DNA of 64,000 nucleotides from Acidobacteriota bacterium. Its GTDB lineage: Bacteria > Acidobacteriota > UBA6911. A program made the translations under genes and the position numbers. The DNA lies in contig OY761556.1 in assembly GCA_963664705.1 (NCBI GenBank), positions 2,208,001 to 2,272,000 on the forward strand. The letters run 5' to 3'. The notes beneath the pieces are model-generated. The model had not been told where the DNA came from. It did no database searches and saw nothing but the letters and a program-made list of their open reading frames with translations. Below are positions 19,592-29,233 of the stretch, piece by piece (within the stretch, counting starts at the first letter, position 1; the number at the start of each line of letters is the position of its first letter).

Positions 19592-21100
19592 ATGGCAGCT
19601 TCATCTCCTAAAATGGCGCATGCATCCCATACCGTCCGTCTGGAACGGTTGTTCCTGGTGCTCCTGATAGCCTCCGCTTTTCTGTTTCGCTTCTGGGGGT
19701 TGTCCAGGATGCATTTCTGGGACGAAAACGTATACCTGCTCAACGCCGAATACATTTACTCTGGCCATGCGGGCTACACGGAGATCGACAGCCGGCCGCC
19801 GCTGCTCTCTATCCTCTTCGCCCTCGCGTTTAACATCTGGCACAGCGATTATGCGGCGGCCCTGGTAACGGCTTTGCTAAACGCGCTCGGCCCGGCATTC
19901 CTTTACCTTGCCGGCCGGAGGATTTTTGGCAGGGCGGCAGCAGCCATCGCCGCGCTTCTATTGGCATTCGGACCGTTTTTCACAGGGATCTATCAGGGAC
20001 AATCGGGAGATCTTTTTACGAACGGCAACGGTCACAGCATTATGACCGATGGCCCGGCTCTCACGCTCATTATCCTCTCCCTGCTGCTTCTGATCCGGGC
20101 TCTTGAAAAACAGACGATTCTGCGTTTTGCCTGTGCCGGATTCAGCTTGGCCCTGCCCATTCTCATGCGCTTCGGATCACTGTCGAGCATGGCCATGCTC
20201 TCGCTTATGCTCCTCGCCGCGAATCGGCGGCTGCGGGCTATCCTGTCCGGTGCCGCAGGTTTCGTGCTGGGTATGGGACCCTACCTTGTCTGGTCCCGCG
20301 TTTACTACGGCGGCTTTTTTGAAACGCTCCGGCTGGGCTGGGTAAATCTCGAAGGACCCGCCGAACCATTCTTCTATTATGCAAAGAATGCTCCTGTGGT
20401 TTTTTCCTGGCTTGCTATCGTGGGGCTGTGTCTCTTTTTGTTGCGTGAGGCATACGGCTTTTGGGTTGGTAAAAAGGAATTGGGAGCAGAACCATCGTCG
20501 GTTTTTGAGCAGGATCAGCGTCGATGGAAGAGATTTCTGCTGCTATGGACTTTGGGCGTCTTTATCTTTTTCAGCAGTATCAGTCACAAAGAGGCCCGGT
20601 ACGAGATTCCACTGGCAGCGCCGTTGCTTCTTCTCGCCGGCTGCGGCCTGGCTTCCCTTGTCGAGTTTAAGAAAAATGGCTGGCGGATTGCGGGTGGCCT
20701 TATTCTTTTCGCGGCACTGGGCGCCAATTCCTGGCCAATATATCATCGGTTTGATACCGGCTTCTTTGACCATTCCATATCGCAGGAAATGGTTGTGTCG
20801 GACTATCTCAAGCAAAACTTCCCCGCATCCACCATCCTCTATACCAACGTAAACTATCCGGATTTCGCCTATTATACGAATATGAAGGTGCTTGCGCTGC
20901 CGGAGACAGGAGAAGCGCTCTACGAAAGAATTTCGAAGCTTCCATCGGATGGTATCCTGATCGCGTACAAGATAGACGACAGCGGCAACGATGCCGAGGT
21001 TGAGCCGCAGATTTCGTACCTGGATGCGAACCGGCACTTCACGCGCATCCGTGAATTCCCTACTCTGATCCTCTATCAATATCGTGCATGGACTGAATAA
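19592..21100 (+). CDS. GT-C glycosyltransferase (ArnT/PMT, family 39/83-like) membrane protein
   Basis: RFWGL....WDE..Y, RPPL, multiple TM helices, KEARY; start uncertain. Confidence 0.8.
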   Translation: MAASSPKMAHASHTVRLERLFLVLLIASAFLFRFWGLSRMHFWDENVYLLNAEYIYSGHAGYTEIDSRPPLLSILFALAFNIWHSDYAAALVTALLNALGPAFLYLAGRRIFGRAAAAIAALLLAFGPFFTGIYQGQSGDLFTNGNGHSIMTDGPALTLIILSLLLLIRALEKQTILRFACAGFSLALPILMRFGSLSSMAMLSLMLLAANRRLRAILSGAAGFVLGMGPYLVWSRVYYGGFFETLRLGWVNLEGPAEPFFYYAKNAPVVFSWLAIVGLCLFLLREAYGFWVGKKELGAEPSSVFEQDQRRWKRFLLLWTLGVFIFFSSISHKEARYEIPLAAPLLLLAGCGLASLVEFKKNGWRIAGGLILFAALGANSWPIYHRFDTGFFDHSISQEMVVSDYLKQNFPASTILYTNVNYPDFAYYTNMKVLALPETGEALYERISKLPSDGILIAYKIDDSGNDAEVEPQISYLDANRHFTRIREFPTLILYQYRAWTE

Positions 21101-21157
21101 TTCGACAAGCTTGTCGTCACCGGGAGCGTTCCCTGCAAAACTCTGCCCGTTGAAGCT

Positions 21158-23005
21158 TTAGCGAAGGCTGGTGCCGGAAGCCGACGCCCCTGCTATCAGC
21201 AGGATCTGACGGGGCTCCTTGAATCCGCTGATCGTTTTAACAGTAGAAAGCGTTGCTCCATCCAATAGATAGACATTATCGGCATCAAAGTTGACGGCAT
21301 ACCTGTTATCCGGCGTATACAGACAATGTGCCAGCCATTTCTGATCCAGCAGCTTCTCATTGGTGGCCAGATCCACCACTTCCATGCGGTACGATGCTTT
21401 GCTTGTGAAACCTATGTGGGAGCCGACGACATACAGAACCGGCTTCTGACCTGAAGCGGTTGGAGGCATGAATCCATAGTGGGAATTGAATGGAAGCCTG
21501 ATGGAAGCAATTTTTTTATAGCTCTTGAGATCGACGACAAACACGCGCGCCAGCATCATCATATAGACGTACTGATCGGAGCGATCCACGATAGAGGTCG
21601 CGTATTGGATCGTCGGTCCCTGCGGCACAAAGGCCGGAGCAATCGGGACGCCCGCAATGGCGGATCCGGCGCCGGCAATGCCACCGGTAACCATGGCAAC
21701 CGCCATGATGCTTCCGAAGGCTCGCAAACCGGAAATAATGTCGATCATGCCCTTCACTTTGAAATTTTCGAGATCGAGCACCGAGGACTCATCATCATTT
21801 GCGTATCCGAGAGCCGCGGTGCTTTCCTTTGAATCCATGGCCAGGGTGGAGGGCGGGCGGTCCTTGCTGCCATTTTCCCAAAAGCCTCTCGTCCGGTGCG
21901 GCGTTGGTATGCTGCCCACCAGTTTCAGCGTGTCCAGATCAATGGCCTGCACGGAGTCATAGCACACGAGATATAACCGATGGGTTTTCGGCGCCAGATT
22001 GGCCTGCATGATGATGTCGGGAATCTCAATCTCCGCTTTCAGTTCCTTCTTCGCAAAAGCAAACAGCGTGGACTTCCCTGTTTTCCCAATACGCGAAATC
22101 AAGGTTAAACCCGTGGCCGGATCCGTCAGCGCATCGACAAGGGAAAACCCGCCATCAATGCTCTGCACCAGTCCGCGCTGGGCGGCAGAAACTATGTGCA
22201 GATGCGCCTGCCCGGGCTCCTTGATTTTGTTGCCATCGTCCGCCAGAACAAAAACATGATCGCCATCGACAGAAGCCGCCAATTCCCGAGGAATGCCGGG
22301 CAGAGAAAGCTCCTTGGAGTCCGCAAGATTGGCGAGATTGAACAGGAGCAGATTGTGACCGGCGCTGGTCTTTTTGTCCTGCGTTCTCTTCCCGTAAAGA
22401 ACTGCCGCCCGATCGGAAGATACTCGGAGAATGGGATCCACTTCTCCCGGCTTGCACGGCAATGTCTGACGGCCGGAAATTGCTCCTTTGGCAATGTCTA
22501 TCTGCACTATTTCCGGATTTTTATCCTTCACGCCCCAGGCCAGCAAAGTTATAAAACGGCCGGAACTGTCCCACATGGCATTGATTTCTGCCTGCGGCCA
22601 TAGAAGAAAAGGATGGGCGACCGCATTCCAGCCGATATCGTCCAGCCGGGCGATCCGTTTCATATCCCGAGTATCCAAAATACTCAGAGAGTTGGGCTTT
22701 CCAAACCTGATGATGGGCAGCCCCTTTTGCCTTCGCTCCGCAAGCCGCTCTTTGTCGTCATACTCAAAAACCAGAAGCCTGGAACCATCGGGGCTCAGAG
22801 CCATCAGGGTTGGCGTTTTTTCCAAAACAACAGTTTCCGAAATCGTCCCCCCGGGAAGCGCTATCGATTCCACGCTCTTCTTTTCCGCATCCAAAACATA
22901 TGCTCGGAACTCTTCAGGATTTCCCAATAAAAACTGCGCATTCATGGGCAGAACGAGCGCAAGGACAATTACCGCACATAGTATTTGCCTGGTTCTGACG
23001 GACAT
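21158..23005 (-). CDS. Exported YncE/YVTN-like beta-propeller protein
   Basis: Signal-peptide-like N-terminus; repeated SPDG/TPD and V..IDL.T.K.V..I blade motifs; start uncertain. Confidence 0.7.
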   Translation of the reverse strand: MSVRTRQILCAVIVLALVLPMNAQFLLGNPEEFRAYVLDAEKKSVESIALPGGTISETVVLEKTPTLMALSPDGSRLLVFEYDDKERLAERRQKGLPIIRFGKPNSLSILDTRDMKRIARLDDIGWNAVAHPFLLWPQAEINAMWDSSGRFITLLAWGVKDKNPEIVQIDIAKGAISGRQTLPCKPGEVDPILRVSSDRAAVLYGKRTQDKKTSAGHNLLLFNLANLADSKELSLPGIPRELAASVDGDHVFVLADDGNKIKEPGQAHLHIVSAAQRGLVQSIDGGFSLVDALTDPATGLTLISRIGKTGKSTLFAFAKKELKAEIEIPDIIMQANLAPKTHRLYLVCYDSVQAIDLDTLKLVGSIPTPHRTRGFWENGSKDRPPSTLAMDSKESTAALGYANDDESSVLDLENFKVKGMIDIISGLRAFGSIMAVAMVTGGIAGAGSAIAGVPIAPAFVPQGPTIQYATSIVDRSDQYVYMMMLARVFVVDLKSYKKIASIRLPFNSHYGFMPPTASGQKPVLYVVGSHIGFTSKASYRMEVVDLATNEKLLDQKWLAHCLYTPDNRYAVNFDADNVYLLDGATLSTVKTISGFKEPRQILLIAGASASGTSLR

Positions 23006-23296
23006 AAGGAGGACGCTCCTTTCGCGTGCTGAATCCTGCAACAAAACACATGGGGCTTGGTTGAATGGCACAATTACCCCGGCCATGGACCGAACCGCCG
23101 GAGATGGAAAGGAAGCGCATCCCCGTAGAGATAGGAGATTGCATTCAGGCTTGGCTTCCGATTGAAGATCTGATTGTAAAGCGAAATACGCCCTATATAA
23201 AACAGGAATCTAATATTCTACCCATAGCTCACTTTGAATGCTTACCGATTGATTGTAGGGGATAATCTTGATTTGCCAGCCCGGCCTCCCCAATAG

Positions 23297-23344
23297 TGTA
23301 AACAAATGCGACATCCAGTACACCAGTTGTCGGATAGTTTTACA
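23297..23344. promoter_or_regulatory. Pair of inverted 17-bp enhancer-like boxes (PEP-CTERM-box-like)
   Basis: TGTAAACAAATGCGACA (23297-23313) and TGTCGGATAGTTTTACA (23328-23344), about 100 bp upstream of a sigma-54 site. Confidence 0.7.
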
Positions 23345-23443
23345 AATATTCCTGTTCCCATGCCAGGAATTGGACAATATCATTAAGATGCAAACTACTT
23401 ATTTTCAATATTTTATCAAATATATGCAATGCCTGATAGCGTG

Positions 23444-23458
23444 TGGCACATATATTGC
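23444..23458 (+). promoter_or_regulatory. Sigma-54 (-24/-12) promoter
   Basis: TGGCAC-ATATA-TTGC, exact consensus spacing. Confidence 0.85.
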
Positions 23459-23529
23459 GTTTAAGAGAAGAAAGTTATTTTTACCTTTGGTTTTTTGGTT
23501 GAGAGCTTTGCTTTTCGGGAGGAGGAGAA

Positions 23530-24264
23530 ATGAAGAGATTCTTTATGTTGATGGTATTGGCTATCTTAACCGTCACAGCGGCGCAGGCAGCCACGATTTA
23601 TTTTGGAGAGGACTTGAATAACAGCAATAGCGTGCCGCTAGCGTCTTACCCAAACGCTTCCGCAGCTTCTGCCAGCTTCTTATCAAATCTGGTAGGCACT
23701 GGGACGGAGACTTTTGAGGGCATATCGGGATCCGCGCCGGTTACGCTTACATTTCCAGGAGCAGGCACTGCAACATTGAGCGGATCCGGGTCAATAGTGA
23801 GTGTAACACCCGGCTCCACCAATGGATTTGGGCGTTATGCGATTTCCGGTTCCAAATATTGGGAAGTTGAAGTCAATAGCTCAACTACGCCTGCATTTAC
23901 TATTAGTTTTTCAGATCCTGTTGCCGCTTTCGGGTTTTTTGGTGTTGATATTGGTGACTTTGGCGGCCAAATCGGTTTAACCTTTGCCAACGGCACAACA
24001 CAAACCTACCTCGTTAACAATACCGTAGGCTCAGGCGGCAGCATTGATGGCTCAGTTCTTTTTTGGGGCATTATCGATACGCAAAATCCTTTCACCAGCG
24101 TATCCTTTACTGACACCAACATCAGCGATGTTTTCGCATTTGACAATATGACAATCGGTTCTGTAGAACAGGTCAATCCCACTGTCCCAGAACCAACATC
24201 GATACTTCTCCTCACCACCGGTATTATGGGAATCGGCCTGGCCGCATGGCGCAGAAAGAAATAG
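23530..24264 (+). CDS. PEP-CTERM sorting domain protein 1
   Basis: Signal peptide, Ser/Thr/Gly-rich body, VPEPTSILLLTTGIMGIGLAAWRRKK tail; GGAGGAG RBS. Confidence 0.93.
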   Translation: MKRFFMLMVLAILTVTAAQAATIYFGEDLNNSNSVPLASYPNASAASASFLSNLVGTGTETFEGISGSAPVTLTFPGAGTATLSGSGSIVSVTPGSTNGFGRYAISGSKYWEVEVNSSTTPAFTISFSDPVAAFGFFGVDIGDFGGQIGLTFANGTTQTYLVNNTVGSGGSIDGSVLFWGIIDTQNPFTSVSFTDTNISDVFAFDNMTIGSVEQVNPTVPEPTSILLLTTGIMGIGLAAWRRKK

Positions 24265-24395
24265 GACGCCATCTCCAATAGGATTCTTCAGTGATTTAAA
24301 AAGGCCGCTCATCGCAGCGGCCTTTGTTTTTTGGATTTACCTTTTCGCCGCACCTCCTGCCTGATTTCCCTGCGTTGTTTTCATAACCAATGCCG
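24181..24395 (+). repeat. Direct repeat copy A (PEP-CTERM tail, terminator, downstream spacer); copy B is 26042-26256
   Basis: Both copies are 215 bp and align colinearly, ending in TTTCATAACCAATGCCG. Confidence 0.9.
24300..24332 (+). terminator. Intrinsic terminator after PEP-CTERM gene 1
   Basis: AAAGGCCGCT-CATCGC-AGCGGCCTTT then GTTTTTT. Confidence 0.85.
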
Positions 24396-24401
24396 GCACT
24401 T

Positions 24402-24510
24402 GCCTCAAGGAATACTGGCTGTGGCAGTCGGAGGGAAAGCGCAAACCACCTGGTTCGCAACCGATTTAGACTCGGCCGCTGCGTTCTCATTGATAGCTGG
24501 AGAATAGCAG
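24402..24510 (+). pseudogene. Relic of the 3' end of the UGSC-like gene
   Basis: Aligns to 27954-28062 (shared ACCTGGTTCGCAACCGATTT and GATAGCTGGAGA) with substitutions, a 1-bp deletion and a 1-bp insertion. Confidence 0.85.
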
Positions 24511-24940
24511 CAAAGCGTCTTGTGCTAGTTGTATGTTGAGGCCCACGGGAGCTTCGCTGTCTCTCCGATGCTTCTATTGCGAAGCCCTTCGAAGTGCGGG
24601 GCATCAAGCCGCCGCGCTCCACCGCTCCCATCGGGCGTGCCCAATGCGCACTTCCCAAAAACCCCGGCACTGTCCCCGAGCCCACTTCCCTCCTCCTTCC
24701 CGGAACAGGGACACTTGGGATAGGTCTGGCGTCATGGAGAAAGAGAAGCTAATTCCTTTCTTCCTAAAATCAATAAATGAAATGGGCTGCTCTCATAAAA
24801 GTGGCCTTTTTTAAGTTTTAACCTAGTCTGGCCTTGCCCCAATATAGCTCCCAAGGCATTCTCACCAGCCATTTTTATATATCTTATTGATTTTATTACA
24901 CATGACTCAATCTGATCACCGAATACCCGCCAAAATGTGG

Positions 24941-25055
24941 TGTCGGGATAGCTTACAATTATTCGTGAAGCGAATGAACAATGGAACTATCTTATTTTCT
25001 TTAGTTTATATAGATCGAATTCAGGGCAGGCCATCAGGTGTTGGTTTCTTTTACA
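24941..25055. promoter_or_regulatory. Two 17-bp enhancer-like boxes upstream of PEP-CTERM gene 2
   Basis: TGTCGGGATAGCTTACA (24941-24957) and TGTTGGTTTCTTTTACA (25039-25055) match the 23328-23344 box. Confidence 0.6.
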
Positions 25056-25238
25056 ACCGACAACTTTAGTAGTATGCTTGTAAGATACTGATAAATAATA
25101 TTTTATTCTGATTTTCCCAAAGATTTCCCTCTATCAAATCTACCATCCCCCGTCGCCGGTCAAATCAACAACAGTATGTACTTTATTTACAATATATTAC
25201 CTCGCATTGCCTCAAGTTAGATTCAAACAAAAGCTATT

Positions 25239-25254
25239 TGGCATGCAAGTTGCA
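25239..25254 (+). promoter_or_regulatory. Sigma-54 (-24/-12) promoter
   Basis: TGGCAT-GCAAG-TTGCA. Confidence 0.8.
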
Positions 25255-25354
25255 TTTATCAGGTTGAATCTCGCAATAATGAAATTCGGAATTTATTGCG
25301 CAAATTGTGTCAAACCAGCAAAGAATCTTGGCTGGAAGAGGGGGGAATAAAGCG

Positions 25355-26125
25355 ATGACAAAATTGGCCATAGCGTTATCAGTGGTAGTGCTTTTAACAA
25401 CAGCGGCAATTGCGGCACCAATTCCAGCTGGCTATACCTGCACCGGAAACTGCGGCACAATGGGAGCAAGCGGCGTTGTAACGCTCTCTCCCTACGGCAG
25501 CGCTGCTTACATGTATATTTCCACCGAAAGCGGCTTGGGTGGAGTAGGGGGAACCCCTACCGGCGGAGTGGTCGGAACCAATGGTACGCTGCTCGTGTCG
25601 CCTGTTTTCTCAGCCAATGTCGATGACATATTGGCCTTCTACTTTAATTACGTAACCAGCGATGGCAGTGGGTATCCCGATTTCGCATGGGCAGCCGTGG
25701 CGGATCCATCGCTGACAAGTGTAACCTATCTGGTCACAGCTAAAACGCTCCCTTCCGGAAGCATTATTCCCGGTCAGGGAATGCCAGCCATTGATGCAAC
25801 TCTTACGCCTCCCTCAGTTCCAATCATTGGTGGAGGGCCATTATGGAATGCTCTTGGTGGTTCCTCGGGCTCATGCTGGGCGGCTGGTTGTGGCTATACC
25901 GGCTGGGTTTTGTCCGAATACAAAATTCCTACGGCGGGCGACTATGTTCTCGCATTCGGCGTTATGAACGCCAACGATTTAGCCTATCAATCCGGTCTTG
26001 CAATTGATGGCGCCACCATCGCCGGCAAGCCCATCGAAGGCACAGTTCCAGAACCGACATCGCTGCTTCTTCTCGGCACCGGCCTGAGCGCAATCGGCCT
26101 GGCCGCATGGCGCAGAAAGAAATAA
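25355..26125 (+). CDS. PEP-CTERM sorting domain protein 2
   Basis: Signal peptide MTKLAIAL..., FYFNYVTSDG.GYPDFAWA core, VPEPTSLLLLGTGLSAIGLAAWRRKK tail. Confidence 0.92.
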   Translation: MTKLAIALSVVVLLTTAAIAAPIPAGYTCTGNCGTMGASGVVTLSPYGSAAYMYISTESGLGGVGGTPTGGVVGTNGTLLVSPVFSANVDDILAFYFNYVTSDGSGYPDFAWAAVADPSLTSVTYLVTAKTLPSGSIIPGQGMPAIDATLTPPSVPIIGGGPLWNALGGSSGSCWAAGCGYTGWVLSEYKIPTAGDYVLAFGVMNANDLAYQSGLAIDGATIAGKPIEGTVPEPTSLLLLGTGLSAIGLAAWRRKK

Positions 26126-26256
26126 GGCACCATCTCCAATAGGATTCTTCGCTGATTTTCAAAGGCCGCTCATCGCAGCGGCCTTTGTTTTTTTGACATA
26201 CTTTTTCGCCGCACCTCTTGCCTGGCTTCCCTGCATCATTTTCATAACCAATGCCG
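26042..26256 (+). repeat. Direct repeat copy B (see 24181-24395)
   Basis: Colinear similarity to copy A including the terminator. Confidence 0.9.
26161..26194 (+). terminator. Intrinsic terminator after PEP-CTERM gene 2
   Basis: Identical hairpin AAAGGCCGCTCATCGCAGCGGCCTTT plus T tract. Confidence 0.85.
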
Positions 26257-26310
26257 AAAGCTCTTTGATCCGGCTCCGCCAAAAGCTAAGATCGCCGTTG
26301 GAGGACGGTT

Positions 26311-28059
26311 ATGAAACGAAACGGTGCGCTCATTGCTGCCATTCTCTCGATCACAGTCCTATCGATTGCGGTCCCCAGCCCCTCGCAACAAAGCCCAAAT
26401 ACCTTGATTACAGTCCTGAACCCGGCCGTGGCCAACCGACTCGCCGAAAGGCTTCCCCTGGCCCCGCGCCTGGGCACGCTGCAAAACAAAACCATCTATA
26501 TGGTCGATATCAACTGGGGAGGCCCCGAAGCCGCCCTGAGCATCTTTGAAGAAATGCAGGGATGGTTCGCCAGGAACATGCCCACGGTGAAGACGGTTAT
26601 CCGAATGAAACGGGGCGGATATGAAACCGACGATCCGGCCTTATGGAAGGAAATCAAGGAGAATGGAGGAAGCGCGGTCATTCTCGGCGTTTCCGGCTGA
26701 GATGGTTGTACGTCGGCCTTGAGTCGACATGCCCGAACCCTCGAACAGCAATTCAGGATCCCAACGGTCGGCATCGCGGGAAACAATATTGTCGGCTATG
26801 CCACCGGCTATGATTTTCTATATTCCAACGGATGCCCCATCCGCTACATCGCCCTCCCCTTCCCGGTCGCCGGCCAGCCCAAATCCGTGCACAGGCAATA
26901 TGTCGAAGGCAAGGATCTCGTTTCCGGCAAGCAGACCATGCAAGCGGTCGTGGATGCTTTAACTCTTCCGTTAACGGACAATGAAAAAATCAAAGGCATC
27001 CCGCCCGAAGCCAAGGCCGAGCCGAGATTCCTCCGCCCCGATACAGAGGAAAAACTCCAGCGCCTTTTCAAAGACCAGGGCTGGACAGACTACTATCCTG
27101 TTACCCTTCCCACCGAAAAAAGAGTCGCGCAAATGCTCCGGGCCAGCAGTCATAAGCCCGACGAAGTCGTGAAGGTGGTCACCTGGCCCGGCGGCGCCAG
27201 GCCGTTGACCGTCGAAAAGGCCGCGATCTGCGCCGTTATGGCCGGAGCCAGGCCGGAATATTTCCCAGTGATCCTGGCGCTTGCAACCACCGTGCCCTTT
27301 GGCAATTCCACTACGTCAATGGCAAACATGATTGTGGTTAATGGGCCCATCCGCAATAAAATCGGCATGAATTCCGGCGGCCATGCATTGGGACCCTACA
27401 ACGAAGCCAACTCCATCATCGGGCGCAGTCTTACTTTGATGTCCAAAACCGCCGGCGGCCTTCGCAACCGCATCACCACCTGGAGCTCACTGGGAAATAA
27501 TCTCCAATACAACAATCTCTGCTTTGCCGAAAACGAAGAGGAGCTCCCGGCCGGATGGGACCCTCTTCATGTGGGCATGGGATTCCGCCCGGAAGAGAGC
27601 GTGGTTACGGTGGGAGTCGGCTGGAGCTCCATATCGAGCGTGGGATCGGTTCAGCATCTATATCCCCCGCAAATGCTGATCCGGGATTATATGAAATCCC
27701 TTTCAGCCCAAGGCTCCTCGGCTACGATCCTCATGGATCCTACAGTCGCGGCGCTTCTCAAGAATGCTCACGGATTTCAATCCAAGCAAAGTTTATCTCA
27801 ATGGCTGTCCCAGAATGTGGAGAAGACTGCGGAATCATACTGGGGGAATGCGGTAGTCGCCAGCGTCAGCGCTTCCCTGGCCATGCAGGGCCTGGAACCC
27901 TATGCAACGTGGAAGAACCTTCCTGCGGCGGCGCTGATCAAGCCCTTTAACCAGCCGCAAGGAATACAGGTTGTGGTAGTCGGTGGGAAAACGCAAAGCA
28001 CCTGGTTCGCAACCGATTTCAGGCTCGGCCGCGGCGTTCTCGTCGATAGCTGGAGATAG
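26311..28059 (+). CDS. UGSC-family-like putative selenoprotein, 582 aa, Sec at codon 130 (TGA 26698-26700), with signal peptide
   Basis: ORFs 26311-26700 and 26719-28059 share a frame; readthrough gives VILGVSG-U-DGCTSAL (UxxC); GGAGG RBS only at 26311; C-terminal GWTD..P..LPT, TVEK.A..AVMAG and VNGPI motifs. Confidence 0.82.
26704..26739 (+). promoter_or_regulatory. Candidate bacterial SECIS hairpin
   Basis: GTCGGC-CTTGA-GTCGAC stem-loop (26712-26728) starts 11 nt after the TGA; extendable by GTA/TGC and GGTT/AACC. Confidence 0.55.
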
Positions 28060-28148
28060 CAGGCCTTGTGCATCGCAGCCTCGGGGACTAGCTTTGCCTT
28101 CCAATCATCGGCCACTTTTGTCCCCGAAGCTATTCATTGGCAAAGCCT

Positions 28149-28460
28149 CTATTTGGATACCTTGATTGTGGCTTCCTTGGGAAGCGCCAATCCCGATGCA
28201 ACCTCAATGGCTTTGATGATCCCTACCGGGACGGGACAAGCGGCATGAAAACAGTGCTTTTGACCCATCTGGAGCGTCTGCGGAATTGCACGCTTGCAGG
28301 AGATCTCCTGGTAGGGATTCACCTCGGCAAGTTCTTTGGCCAAATTTTGAATAGCCTGGCAATCGCTTGTAATGCTCAGTTTACACACCTTCCCTTCCAT
28401 TGTCGCTTCGACTGTTGCGGTGTGCCCACAAATTCCCGCACTGATTTCCGTCTTGGCCAT
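28149..28460 (-). CDS. DUF6951-like small Cys-rich protein
   Basis: I.AGICG....V.A, ITSDC, C.HAACPVP.GIIKA.EV..GLALP; ATG after GGAGG. Confidence 0.75.
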   Translation of the reverse strand: MAKTEISAGICGHTATVEATMEGKVCKLSITSDCQAIQNLAKELAEVNPYQEISCKRAIPQTLQMGQKHCFHAACPVPVGIIKAIEVASGLALPKEATIKVSK

Positions 28461-28683
28461 GCCTTTCCCTCCATACACGCAAGCGTCTTTGTTACCCCTG
28501 TAATAGTCTGTTTTCATTATACAGGCATTTCCCTCGCCCGGAGCTTTTATCTTGCACGGAAAGGAATGCCGGCGCTTCCAGCAGATCCTCAATCAAACAA
28601 ATTTCTTTTCCGGTAGGCGATTTCCCGCCATTTGCGTTCTTGGTTAATGGAGCACTCATGCAACGCAGAGAAGGGAGATCCCG

Positions 28684-29115
28684 GTGTCTGATGCACTGAT
28701 AACGTCCACATTGCAGGCCCAAACAATCAGGCAGACCTTCAGCAACGTAATAGCGGGCCGCCGAAAACAGCTCACTCTTGATGGCATCGATGCGCTTCCA
28801 CAACTTCCCGGGTTCCGCATCCGTTCCCATGATCCCTACGGCCCCCTGCCCGAAATTCAAATCAGGGACACGGGAGATCGGGAGCCTATTTTGAATGCGG
28901 TCAAACAGGAGGCGGCGCGGCTGTGTGCCATTGTATGGATTCGAGATGATATCGCGACCCTTTTCCCGGGATGCCGATTTCTCCTGCCCACCAAAACAGA
29001 TGAAGGCCCCCTTGTAGGAATGAGATTTGCAGGAATCACCGTTCTGGCAGAGCATAAAAATTGCTGGGAGGCGTATCACAAACTGCTCGACGCCGCAGTG
29101 GATAGGATTTTGTGA
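28684..29115 (+). CDS. Hypothetical protein
   Basis: 143-aa ORF, GTG after GGGAG; no recognisable motif. Confidence 0.5.
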   Translation: MSDALITSTLQAQTIRQTFSNVIAGRRKQLTLDGIDALPQLPGFRIRSHDPYGPLPEIQIRDTGDREPILNAVKQEAARLCAIVWIRDDIATLFPGCRFLLPTKTDEGPLVGMRFAGITVLAEHKNCWEAYHKLLDAAVDRIL

Positions 29116-29233
29116 CCCTCCGAATTGAACTGCGAATTTCAAACCCACGTGTGTCAAAAATGTAAATCGCAGGCGGCGTGCTTGGACTATACTAGAAGCG
29201 TGTCCGAGGATTAGGACACGTTCCCGGACCGCT

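Noticed and set aside
24520-24730. GC-rich stretch with small palindromes and short ORFs after the relic
   Set aside because: Looks like degenerate REP-type fragments; no coherent ORF or structure could be supported.
28600-28683. Possible riboswitch in the divergent spacer (GGCGAT...CGCC)
   Set aside because: Only a short stem; I could not match the full consensus of the fluoride or any other riboswitch.
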